DNA of 57,456 bases from positions 1 to 57,456 of the forward strand of contig CDMY01000525.1 in the NCBI GenBank assembly GCA_001179505.1, given 5' to 3'. Below the pieces are notes generated by a model that was not told where the DNA came from, made no database searches, and saw only the letters and a program-made list of their open reading frames with translations. Of this stretch, positions 36,701 to 48,600 are shown piece by piece (the stretch's first letter is position 1; each line of letters opens with the position of its first letter). The translations under genes and the position numbers were made by a program. Source of the stretch: Vitrella brassicaformis CCMP3155 (lineage: Eukaryota; Protista; Chromerida).

Positions 36701-37293
36701 GGGGACAGGCACTGTCAGGTGAGATGAAAACAGAGATGACAGGGCATGCAGTAGACCGCCCCCCACCCCTGTGTGTGTCTTATCTTTGCTGCACACAGGT
36801 GGTCAGAAGCAGCGTGTGTGTATTGCCCGCGCATTGATCCGCGACCCCCCGATGCTGCTCTTCGACGAGGCCACATCTGCACTGGACAACAAATCCGAGA
36901 AGCTCGTCCACACCGCACTCGAAGAGGTAGGCAGCCCTTCCAGCCGCCGACAGTGCATTGGGGCGCCATCGTGCTGTCTGTCTGTGCAGGCGATGAAGGG
37001 CCGGACGTGTCTGTTGATCACCCACCGACTGAGCACGCTGGACTTCGCCGAATACATCGCGGTGAGTGTGTGACATTGGCAGGGACATGCACTCACAGAT
37101 CGGATGTGACACGCTGTTTGCACGTGTGCAGGTGTTGTCTGACGGTGAGGTGGCGCAGTTCGGAGCGAAGGCAGATGTGTTGCGGCGTCCGTGCCCCGAG
37201 CTGTCGCGCATCCTCAATCAGATGTCACACACGACACCGGCAGAGACGGCAGACACCAAGACCGAGACACCGCCCCCACCAGCTGCCGGCTGA
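33723..37293 (+). CDS. Mitochondrial ABCB half-transporter (ABCB10/MDL1-like)
   Basis: Arg/Ser-rich presequence; [33 protein letters not shown]; Walker [10 protein letters not shown]; signature LSGGQKQR; Walker [12 protein letters not shown]; H-loop ITHRLST. Confidence 0.92.
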
Positions 37294-37695
37294 TTGATGC
37301 GTGGATCCATGTATGGCCATGCACGACGTGATGATGATGGATCTAGATCGGCGGCGTGCATGTGAAAAGTGTGCAGGTAGTCGAAAGGGACTTGCGTGTG
37401 TCGACATCTCTTTCGTCGGTAAAGAGTGGATTGATGAGCCCATGAGCGAGATTTCAGCACATTGCATAGTTGGTGACTGACTGACGACTGTGGGTCTGTG
37501 GGTGTGCATGGTGTGCACTTGTAGCATCTCTCTCCTCGTTTGTTGCCTGCTGCCTGGCTCACAAATCATCCTTGTTTGTGGCATCGTCACAGTTGAGCAA
37601 CGATGGTGTATGACGCGACACTCCAGCATCTCACGTATGAAGTCGATTCAGGGAGAAGTAAACCAGAGTCCATGAGGTCCTACCCGCACCCCCAT

Positions 37696-38234
37696 CGATC
37701 GGTCAGTCAGTCAGTGCAGACTCACAAAAGGCTGGCAGAGAATAAAGGAGTCAAAAAGCAGACAGCCAGCACAGAGCAGAGCAGCACAAAGGCAGCGATA
37801 AAAACGCAGACAGCTGGCACATTGAGTCACAGACCAGCTCATAGAGTCAGAGACACGCTTAGCATCATCAGCAAGCAGTAGAGATGTGAGATATGTCCAG
37901 GCAGACGGTATGAAAGGCATGAAAGCTGCCTGGACCAGAGTGGTGAAAACCTCTCGCTAACATGGAAGAGAACGCAGGCAATCATGTAATGCAGCACCAA
38001 CAGCACACGCACCACGCAAAGGGTCGGACAGGAGCGACGGGCACTCAGTGATCCAGAACAGGGAATACGGCATTCGATAAAGGCGGCAGATAGGTGAGAC
38101 GCAGACGAGAAACAGACAAAACGCAGACTCATTCAAACACACAGCATCTGTCAGCCAACCGATCAGTCAGTGCAGACTCACGAAGGGCATGCAGAGAAGT
38201 AAACGAGTCAAAACGCAGACAGACAGACAGCACA
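37696..38234 (+). repeat. Pair of imperfect direct repeats of about 75 bp (37696-37773 and 38160-38234)
   Basis: CGATC(GGTCAGT)CAGTCAGTGCAGACTCAC...GCAGAGAA...GAGTCAAAA.GCAGACAG..CAGCACA occurs twice, about 460 bp apart. Confidence 0.6.
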
Positions 38235-38275
38235 TGCAGTCACACAGACCACCCAGCCCTTCCCCCCTCCCTCTG

Positions 38276-41200
38276 TCAGTCACGTGTGCGCCCGCCCCTC
38301 TTGGCTTTGCAGTCCCTGCATTTCTTCGGCTGGTCCATGCCTTTCATCCTGTAGAAATGCAGGTTGACGGGGAACCTCTTGCCACACTCCGAGCAAGCCA
38401 CCTGGGTCTTGTCGCGGCGGCAATTGTCGCGGCACGTGTTGCAGGACAAGTCCTTGCCCTGTCGCCGGAAGCTCATGTACTTGTCTCGATCGGTCACCTG
38501 CACGCACACACACACGCACACAAACAGACAGAGGGAGAGAGAGAGGATAAGGACACATTTCGCACCACTCCTCCCGTCATCCGCCCACCACGAAGATGCA
38601 TCCACAGAGCTCGCAGCATATCTGCATGTCCGATCCCGGTGTGCCGTCCATGGCCAACACCTCGATCAGCTCCTCCTCGCCAATCGCCGTGTCATCGAGG
38701 GCCGCTCGCATGGCGGCCTCCATCCGGGCGGCCGCCTCGGGGTCTGGGTGCACGAGGCCCAGCTTGCGACACACCTCATTGCACCTGACAAGAGAAGCAA
38801 TCCAAAATGAGTGGCACGTTGGAGGAACAGTGTCATGTGGCCCTCCCACGTGTGTGTGGCGAAGAAGTGTTCCACGCCCTTCCTGCCGAGATCTCCCTCG
38901 CCAAACATAGCACCACGCTGAGAGAGAAGGATGCGCGGGCAGCCGTGTGTGCGTGTGTGTGTGTGTGAGTTGGCTCACCTTGGAATGAATCTGAGGGTCG
39001 GTGTACACATTGCCGACGCCTTGAATGTCCACAGCGATGAGGAAGCCGCCCGTCTCGTGGTGTGTCCAGTGGCTGAAGGATGCAGCCAGCTCGGCGCCCG
39101 CCTCGTTGGACGCCCATCCGCTGTTGTTGCTGAACTTCTTGTACTGACAGATGACAAGGGAAGTGACAACGCGGTGGGGGCATGCGACTGGGTGTGGTCG
39201 GTGTCAGCTCTGTGCGCGTCCGTACCTCTCCCTCGATGTATGGCTCGACCGTCATCCAGCGTTCCGCGTCCGGCCGGTCAGGAAACTCGTACACGGCTGG
39301 CAAGCCAGATGTGTGTGTCTCTGTGTGTGTGTATGTGTATGTATGTCATCGCTCCACGTACCGACGTCGATGAACGAGACCATGCGGTTGATGCCCTTCT
39401 CGAGCGTCTGCATGTTGAATTTTTTGGCCAGCAGCTTGCACACGGCCTGCGTGCACATGTCGGCTTTGGCGTAGGCCTCTAGGCGGCCGCCTTCGAGCAC
39501 CTCCAGAGGCAGCTTCGCTACCTGCACACACACACAGCCAGACAGCCAGACAGCCAGACAGCCAGATAGACACGCAACACAACACAACAATAGTGTTTTC
39601 TGCGCTTCGTATGCGTGTGTATCCACCAACCCGTTTGAGGTCCAGGTCCATGTCCCTGATACGCGAGTGAGAGCAGAATGGCGCATTCAAGGGACTCACT
39701 AATTCCCTATTAAGCCTGCTCACTTGAGGTAGGACGCGTATCGCATGCCGCCCTTGTCGAATGGGTGCTTGGAGATGCGCACAGTGGTGTCCGACTTGGA
39801 CGAGGAGAATGATCCGTTGACCTCCTCCCACTCGAGCACCGAAAGAGCCTTGTCGCCACCCCGGAAATGGTACGTGTGACGCACAGCGCGCTCGACCTGG
39901 CGCCGGAAAATCAAATCAGGCAGGGTCGGTGTGCGTGGGATGCATCCCTCTCACCTACCCGATCGCCAAGTCTGTCCCAGTTTGGCGGCTTCTTCTCGAC
40001 CTCGAGATTGCGCATCTCCTCCTCTTCATCCTCCTCTGCAATCGCGCCGAGACCACCTGGATCACACGGACAGACGCTGTGCCTGTGCGTGCACACACGG
40101 CCTGCGTACCGATGAGTTTGCCCCCGACAGCGAGGGGCAGTGCCTTCATGGACGCCTTATCGCTGCGACTCATGCGCTTGAAGGTCGAAGTCACACTGTC
40201 CTTCAACTGCACAACAGATTGAGACAGATGAGCATTTATTGTGTGCCTGTGTCCTTCCTTTGTGTCTGTACCATTCGCGAGACGTTGGGTTGGAAAGCCG
40301 TGTAGTCGCCTCCGAGCTCCACCACATTCAACTTGAAGGGCATGCCAGCGCCTTCGTAGTGCTCGCGAAGCACGCCGAGGAACTTGTCAGTGGAGTTGTT
40401 GATCTTGATGAAGCCGTACTGGATGCCGTGCTCGCGAAACGACGCCGCGAGGGTCTCAATCTTGGTGTCATCCGGGTGCCCATGTGGGAAGCTAAAGCGC
40501 ACAGTGCAGTCAGGTCCACGCTGTGTGGGTGTGGGTGTAGGTGTGTGTGTGCGTGTGGCTGTGTCTAACTTGTCGCACGAGGCGCCGTAGTTGTGGTAGG
40601 CAACACCGTGTGGTGGGGCGTCACCGACATGAATCACCAAACGCGTCATGGACGACCAATCGAGGCCCAGAGCCGCACTCATCGCGCCAGCAACATCCTC
40701 TGGCTCTGCACCGTCATAACGCAGGTCAGATGCACCCCGTTCTGGCACCACCCCTTCAGCCTGCCTACCGTCAGGGGCATCCCCTGTAATCGCTCCTTGT
40801 CGTTTTATGTGTGCCTGCACGCTGGCAATGTCGGATGTGAATGGCGCGATGGACAGCCGCTCGACGCGCATGACGCCATCGTTGTAGTCACGATATCCGA
40901 CGAAGGCCGCACGGTAGGCCAGCGCGGGAAACTTTTCCTTGACGTCGCCGATGATAAAGCACAACGCACGCGCAGCCTGCACGCATCAACAATACCACCC
41001 GTCAGATGCGCTGTGTGCCGGTTATTCCTTGTACATGTAGCTACCTCAGCGATCCACGACTCCATCGACGCCGTGCAGTCCATCATGGCCACCAGGTCCA
41101 CCGACGTCGACTGCCTGACCACTCCTCGAATACCAGAGGCGATGTCCGTTCGAGATTCGGTCCTCAATCTCTCCTCCAGCTCCCGGATGCGGTCATCCTT

Positions 41201-41606
41201 GGCCTCCTCGCGGTAGGCCGCACGGTAGGCCGCGCGGTTGGCCTCTTCGAGCTCCCTGATGCGAGCTGCTTGACGCCGACGCTCCTCCTCCTCCTGGCGA
41301 GCCTTGGTTGCCTTCTTGGTCTCCAGATCTGCCTGGAGCTTCTTGATCAGGGCGTCCTTGGCGTCTTCCTCCTCCCGGCGAGCCTTGGTTGCCTTCTTGG
41401 TCTCCAGATCTGCCTGGAGCTTCTTGATCAGGGCGTCCTTGGCGCTCCCGGCGAGCCTTGGTTGCCTTCTTGGTCTCCAGATCTGCCTGGAGCTTCTTGA
41501 TCAGGGCGTCCTTGGCGTCTTCCTCCTCCCGGCGAGCCTTGGTTGCCTTCTTGGTCTCCAGGTCTGCCTGGAGCTGCTTGATCAGAGCGTCCCTGTCGTC
41601 CGCCAT
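38276..41606 (-). CDS. vWA-domain alpha-kinase (eEF2K/Vwk family) with N-terminal coiled-coil repeats and C-terminal Cys-rich zinc ribbons; frameshifted in the repeat as assembled
   Basis: vWA: MMDCTASM, FVGYRDY, EPEDVAGAM, IHVGDAPPHG. Kinase: PFDKGGMRYA, VEPYIEGE|YKKFSNNSGW, SFSHWT, DIQGVG..YTDPQIHS, FGEGDLG, CNEVCRKLGL. Tail: CSECGKRF...FYRMKGMDQPKKCRDCK. Confidence 0.88.
41290..41592 (-). repeat. Coding tandem repeat, 4 x 81 bp (27 aa, DALIKKLQADLETKKATKARREEEDAK)
   Basis: The anchor GAGCCTTGGTTGCC occurs at 41299, 41380, 41453 and 41534, giving spacings of 81, 73 and 81. Confidence 0.97.
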
Positions 41607-41999
41607 CGCGCCACGGCTGAAGGAGGGTCTAGAACGAGGAGATCTGGAAATCACGTGGCACAACAACTTGATGCATGCCATACCATGGATGTGCCCTGCG
41701 CGCGTGTGTGGGTACCTTCTCGGAATACGTCGATCGCAGGCACAAGAGGGCGCTGGAAAGGAAGGAGGGAATGGGGGGAGAGACGTCTCGGGGGCCAAAC
41801 CCTATCGCGAATCTCGACGGCAGTTGCTCTCTAGTTTGGGGTGGGTGTGTGGGTGTGAGGTTGTGCTTTGCGTGTTCGGAGGTGTGTTGGTGACGGCCGC
41901 CAGGAATCCCATTCAACGGAGCAGTCAGCCTGGTCGGCGCTTGATTGCATTCATTCATTCATTCACTCATGTCTTTGCGTGTCCCTCCGTCAATTTTTC

Positions 42000-42595
42000 A
42001 TCAGTCAGTCTGCGCATTTGCATCGTCAGTTGGTTGTGTTGGTTGCCGTGTTGGTCTCAGAAGTCTCCTCCCTCCAGCTCGGGGACCTTGGCACCCACAT
42101 GGCTGACCAACACACACACACACACAGGGAGATATCTGTGTTGACGACTGTGTGTCTGTCTGTCTGAGTGTGTGTGGCTGCCTTTACCTTTGCTGACGAT
42201 GAGGACGGCTTTGCGTCTCAGCAACTCGTAGAAGAGCCGATTCATCAGAAATGCCCGCTGAGCTGCACACCACACCACACAGACACACAGAGAGAGAGAG
42301 AGGGGCAACTGGTGTGTGTGGATTGTGTGAGTCGTGTCGTTGAGTCTGACCGACGAAGAGTGCGGCTGCCGCGGCGATGAGGGGCGTCGTGAAGAACACC
42401 AGACTGACAACACACACACACACACAGAGTCATGCCCTCCCTCCGTCTGAGTGTCCATACGTGCAGGTGTGGCAGAGCGTTGGGACGGCCGAGAGTCGGC
42501 AGTTGGGCCGCTCGTTGATGAGGATGGCCAGCCACAGCGCCTCGAACATGAAGAACACCAGCGTCACCATGCTGCCCAAACTCACAACCGCCAAG
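42000..42595 (-). pseudogene. Truncated, internally deleted inverted paralog of the 26739-28706 membrane-protein gene
   Basis: The reverse complement matches about 27003-27480 (three exons plus introns), then jumps to about 28641-28765 (last exon and 3' flank). It has no first exon, and the spliced junction to the last exon is out of phase. Confidence 0.9.
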
Positions 42596-42632
42596 TGCCG
42601 GCAGGTGGTGGTGGGCCGGGTGTGTGAGGGGG

Positions 42633-45600
42633 TCAGTGGTAAGTGGGTCTCTTGATTTGCGCCATGCAGAAGTCGCAGAGCTTCTCGGTGATGTACCGCT
42701 GCTTCTCGCTGATCGACGCCTTGGCCTCGTGCAGCGTATTCCACGGCACTCGAATGATGCTCCAACCACAGCGCCTGATAAGGGAAGAGATGGATGGACG
42801 CGTGTGCGTGCGTGTGTGTGTGTGGGGCCAGCCATTGCTGACGTACTTGAGTAGTCTTTCCCCGAACCTGACGGCCCCACTCCGCCGCCAGTGTGGCTCG
42901 TCCCAGTGCCGTATCAGGTGGCTGTGGCTCTCCACCTCTGCATGGACACACACAAACACACACACACAACACAAGGATGAGCTGCTGTGTGTCCATCGGC
43001 TGGCAGGTGGCTCGCTGACCGATGATTATCTTTCTGTCGGGCATTGCGAAGTGCACCGTGATGCCCTCGGGGGTCACGTACTGAGGCACAAACGTCAGAC
43101 CTGCACCATCCAACCATCGATGCGATGCGCACACATCAACACATATGCGGGACTAACAGGCCATCCACGTCAAGCCCTCTCTCTCTCTGTCTCTGTGTGT
43201 GTGTGTGTGTGTCTGGGTGGCCTGACCGAGTGATCTGAGTGTCTTCTCGAGGTCCTGGTGCACCTCCTGGAAGCGGTACTGGCGCTGCAGAGGGTTGAGG
43301 AAGTGGTACTGGCAGTGCTGCAGCGACCCACGACGCAACCCCACCGACGATGCCAACACATCCCCTTGGCCTACCCCCAGCCCCCCACCCCGCCCCACTC
43401 GGACACTCTCCTTCTCATCGTCGGCTGCACCGGCCTTCTCTATCTGGAACCCAAGATGGGCCGCAAATACCTGAGAGAGAGAGAGAGAGAGAGAGCACCA
43501 TCGCGTGGTTCGGTGTGTGTCTCTCTATTGTGAGTGGCCCACCAGTCTGGCAGTGTTGGGGTCAGCCTGGCTCCAGTCAAGGTTGAGGATGACGCCGAAC
43601 AGCTCCCGGTCGTAGACGCCCAGGACGGCCGCACTCCACGCCATCGTGGCCAAGTCGGACGCGGCGAAGTTGACAGGCACGCCGTGACGCACTATGTCGG
43701 CCTTGAGCCGACGACGGATCTCCAGTAGAATGGCACTGGACGAACAGCACAGCAAGAGCAGCACGAGGTGAGGTGCATGGCATGGATGAGTGTGTGTGTA
43801 TGGGTGTGTGGGTCAGCGCGGCAGCGCACCCGATGAGTCGTTGGTTTGTGTAAGCGTTCCATGCACATGCGAAGAGGACCCATGAGAGGTGTGTGCTGGA
43901 CAGCTCCTTGATCCGCGCCCCCCCGTCCCGCAGCAGCTCCTCGGACAGCGCCAGAAACAGACCATGGTGGTTGTACCCTGATGGATGGATGGATGGTTGG
44001 AACAAACACAAACACACACACAGACAGACACACACAGGCGGAAGTCCATGCGGTGCGGCGTGCTGTGGAGCGGGTATCCATCGGCTGGCTGACCGAATCG
44101 GCCAAAGTAGAGGAATGTCGAGGCCAGAACAGTCGACGGCAATTGCTGAAGGGAAGGAAGCGCACACAGAGAAGCAGAGAAAGAAAGAAAGATCACACTG
44201 TGTGCAGTGCACTCATCGCCCGGCCCCCACCCACCTCGATGTGCTCTGGTGCACTCAATTGGTCGCCTATGGACTCCAGCAGCCGCAGCGGGCGGTACAG
44301 GTAACCGTCCTGACACACAGACAGACAGACAGACACACACAGTGAGAGAGGAGGAGTATGCTGCGTGAGTCCGCTCACCTCTGCAAATGCGCTCAGCAGG
44401 AGCTGGTGCTCCTGGGGCCCGATGGCGCCCTCGTCGCAAGGGGCAGAGAAGGCCTACATTACATTGTGTGGGGCCAACAGCACAGCACATCACAGCATCA
44501 CACCATGAATGGCTCACGGGTTGCCTCACCGCTTCCGCCAGTTTCCAGAAGGCCGAGTCGATGATGGACCGTGCCGTAGCGTTAGCCGTCCCGTTGCTCT
44601 CCTCGACTTTTCTGGATGTGTCATCGGCACCGGCGGTGGCCTCGCCACCAATTTGGGCGCTGAGTGATGCCAGTGCATAGACGAGGCGGGAGCCGACCTG
44701 CGGCGAGAGGCGGAAGAGCGACAGGGGCGATGTGAGGGTCGCGTCGGGTGGTGTTGCTCCCGACACGCCAGTCGCACTCCCCGCAGAAGAGATGTCGTCG
44801 TGCGTGTTGGTAGTGGTGCAGCACTCGTCGTCTGTCACCAGTGAGGGCGACGGCTGTCCTCCATCATGTGTAAAGGTGGTGTCCGATGCGACCACCTTGG
44901 ACTCCTTCAGGCACCCTCCTCCCGACTTTTGCTGCTGCTGCTGTGGCGGTCTCTTTGGCACAGGGGTGAAGGTGTCGAATGATGACGCGGCACCGGCAGC
45001 CGGGCCACCATTGTCTTCACCAGTGGGGCCGTCCATTTGTGGGAAGAGGCAGGGCCGATCGCCGGGAGGGGAGGAAGGAGAGAGAGAGGGCCGGGACGCA
45101 CTAGCAGCGACTTGATGCGCCTGACCAGAACCTTTGGGCCTCTGTTGCCTCCCTGCCTCGCCCTCACTCCTCCTTCCGTCGCGCCTCCTTTTTGCCATCG
45201 CCCGCCTGAGGTCTGTCCATGAGGCAGCCTTGACCACATCCACCACGGCGGCCAGCAGCTGGCTGACGTCACTGGCACACTGCCTGTGGCTCGAGGCGGT
45301 GAGGAGCTGCGCCACTCGCCCAGGTTTTCCTTCGTGTTGCAATGATTGAGGCGATGGGACAGGAATGGGGCCGAAGAACTTGTCCTCTTTCCTCCTCCGG
45401 CGGGTCATCACGGTGCCGCCTGGGGTGGTCTCCTGCTGCAAGTTGCCGAGCATTTCGACGTCATCTTCTGCTGCCGCCAGACCCAGAGCCGATGCAGGGG
45501 GCAGGGAGGAAGGGTCACGAGCGTCAGCCCTCATGAGTTGTGCGAAGATCATCCTGTAGCCCCATAGCAGGCGCCGGATGAGGTTGCCGCTCAGCTGCCT

Positions 45601-48600
45601 CTCCTTCCTCATCAGCTGCACCCGCAGCGCAGCCTCCATCCCGCCCCCATTGCCGCGCTGCTTCACCCGAGCGGCCGCCCGCCGCCTCCGAAGCACACGC
45701 AGATAGTCCCCCAGCCGTCCGGCGCACTCTCGCGCAACCGATGCACATAAGGCCAGGGTCATGTCCCCGGCAGCGGAGACCATCTTGATGGCGCCCGCCT
45801 GGAGAGCGATGCCGTGGGCGATGAGCAGGTTGACGAGGGAGAAGAAGGGGAAGGACGACAGCGACAGTGAAGCAGGGTGGTCAGGGGCTGCCAGCCGGCG
45901 GGACACCTCGCTGAACACCTCAGCACAGAGCTCCCTCACGGCCACAGCTGCTGATGTGTCGGCTGGGGTGGTGGGGCCACCTCCACAACCACCGTACCCG
46001 GAGGCCCACTTGGCTGCGTATGCACGCTCCTCTTGCTCGGCCAAGAGTTGCCTCGACATCTGGGCAACGGACCACAGCAGGTCGCTTAACGCGCTCCCGT
46101 CCAGCTCATCCAACTTCCGACGATTCTCCGGGTGTTGCTGCCTCAGCAGCTCCCCCACAGCGACCTTGAGCAGCCGCTCGTGCACCACACGCGCCTTGGC
46201 GAGCCCCAGCAGGATGCGCACCAGCACGTCGCCACTGAACACTTCCGCGTTGCGCATCACCTCCTGAGCCACACGCCGGTAGAATGCCGAGTGGACAATG
46301 CCCGAGCGGGCCACCGACTGGGAAAGCTGCCCCAGGTGGTCGCTTCTGAAGTCACTCAGCCTGTCTCTGCTGGCCTTGTTGCGCGCAGAGTGGAGGTGTG
46401 TGTGTGGGTGGGGCACCAGCAGCCGCTCTATCACCATGGGCAGGTAGATGGCCGCCAAGGGGACAGGCGCGTCCCTGGAGCGGCGGTCAGCTGATTGAGA
46501 GATTGCGGTTGAGGGCCGCTGGATGACGATGCCGCTCTTGGCGATGGCCGAGGCGATCCTGGCGATGTGTGACGGGCCCATGTCGTCGAAACGGTCCAGG
46601 AACGACTGAATGATGCACACAGTGAATGGTGAGTGGTGGCTGCTGATGTGTTTCATTACTCACCTTCAGCAGTGCCTGGTTCCATTGCTGCATCCACGGG
46701 AGCTGCCCGAGATTGCTCCTGGGGGAGTGGGCGATGCTGGCGATCCGATTCACCGCCCAGATGCAAGCTGTCAAGTCACTGTAACCAAGAAGCAAGCCAA
46801 AGATACGGTTCCCATCTCTGTCGGCTGTCTGCAGTTTGGCCTTTTGGTAGCTTACCCAGCATTGAGGTGCCCCAGGTTAACGGTCATCCCCAGTGCCTCC
46901 GGCCTGCTCACGACAGCCGACGGCGGTAGCCGCAACACCGCACCACCACCACCACCAGCACCACCGCCAGCACCCACAGCAGCGCTCTGAGCCCTCTCAC
47001 GCCGACCAGCCGTCCGGTCCGCCCGCCCAATGAACACAGCCGGGGGCGCCTCGACCGCATAGTGGTCGCTTGCATACGAGTAGGCAAAGTGTGGTGGGGG
47101 GGAGGGCGGGGTCTCGGGCAGCTGCTTGGAGGCGATGTTTGACGACAGGGGGAACACGGCCACGGCTGGCGGTGGCGGCGTGGAGGAGGCTGCTTGTGTG
47201 TGTGTGGCGGGGTGGGAGAGGAAGAGCCCACTGACTTGTTGGGTGAGGGTGATGAGTGTGGGGTCGCCTCGGGTGGCGAGTAGGTGCGGCAGCTCCTCCG
47301 CGACGTTGCCGAGGGCCCACACGAGGTAGATAAGGGTCTTGGGCTCCAGCACCAGCCGGGGATCGGCTATATACGAGGAGGGGTCGGCCACGCCGTCTGC
47401 CGGCACACCAGCCAGAACGGCCTGCCGAGCAGTAAACCGGTCAGATATCTCCCTAAATGAAGGCACCAAACAGAGGGAGAGAACATGTCTTCAGAAACGA
47501 GCAGAAGGTGCATGGATGAGCGTGTGTCATGCATTCCATTCCATTCCATGCCGTGCCTTCCCTCATCGACGGACCTGCCGAGCATGGTGAGTGCGTCGTC
47601 TTGTGACGGTCTGAGGCTGGTGAGGCTGCCCAGCGCCTTGACGAGCCACTCGAGCGACACCCTGTCGAGGTCCGACTTGCTCCACAGGGTCGGCTCTGCC
47701 AGGGCCTCGGACGCGCGCATCAGCCACGGTGGCGGCTTCCGACGATGGCGCCCTGACGTCATTTAGCAAGTGAGAGAGCGAAATGGAACGAGAGGCGTGA
47801 ATTGGATGAGGTGCGGCTGTGTGCTTACATGGTTGGGGGTAGCTTCGCGAAAGGATCCACAAGAGCTGCGCGCGACCAGTGGGTGTCAACGACTGCAACA
47901 ACAAACGCACAGAACCATGCCATGGGTCGTCTGTCCCTCCACTCTCTCGCACTTTCACCACTCCCTCCCTTACCGCAGCGGTGATGTTGTTGGTCTCGAT
48001 GTGTTCCCACAGCTGCACGGCATCCACTCCACCCTCCACCCTCATGCGCGCCTTGCCGCTCACAAGCCGATCCAACGCCGTCAGCGGGGCCCTCCGCTTC
48101 AGCGACCTCCATTTGTACAGATCACCATGCGACGTCGACTCGGCACTCATCAGACCGCTCACCACCGCCTGCAGGTCTCTTTGTGCATCTGATACACCAT
48201 CTGCCAGCCGAGGGGGGCCGTCTGAGAGGTCCTGGATGGCTTGGCTCACTCGGGCGAGCTTCGGGCTGCTGTTGACGGCAGGGTCGCCCCGTTCACCGAG
48301 TTCCTTCACGCCGGTGACCAGACAATGGTGCACTGTGCGGCTGCCCCCCTTGTGTGCCTCGCTGATGATCCACAGGGCGTTCAGAAGGGCGCCGCTGTCG
48401 CATGCGCGCCGCACCGATGGTTCCAGAAACACCACAGCCATTCGCTCAAAGAACAGCTGCAAGAGGTCCGTCAGCTTTGCTGGTGTGTCACTGCCGGCGG
48501 CCATCTGCCGCTGAATGGCGAAGAGCGACAGGAGCTGAGAGTTGAGGGTGTCGATCGCCGCTGGATCAGCAGCGGCAGATGCCGCCAGCACCGGCACATC

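Noticed and set aside
41290-41592. Regularly spaced repeats that might be read as a CRISPR array
   Set aside because: The units are contiguous 81-bp coding repeats with no unique spacers, there are no cas genes, and the context is eukaryotic.
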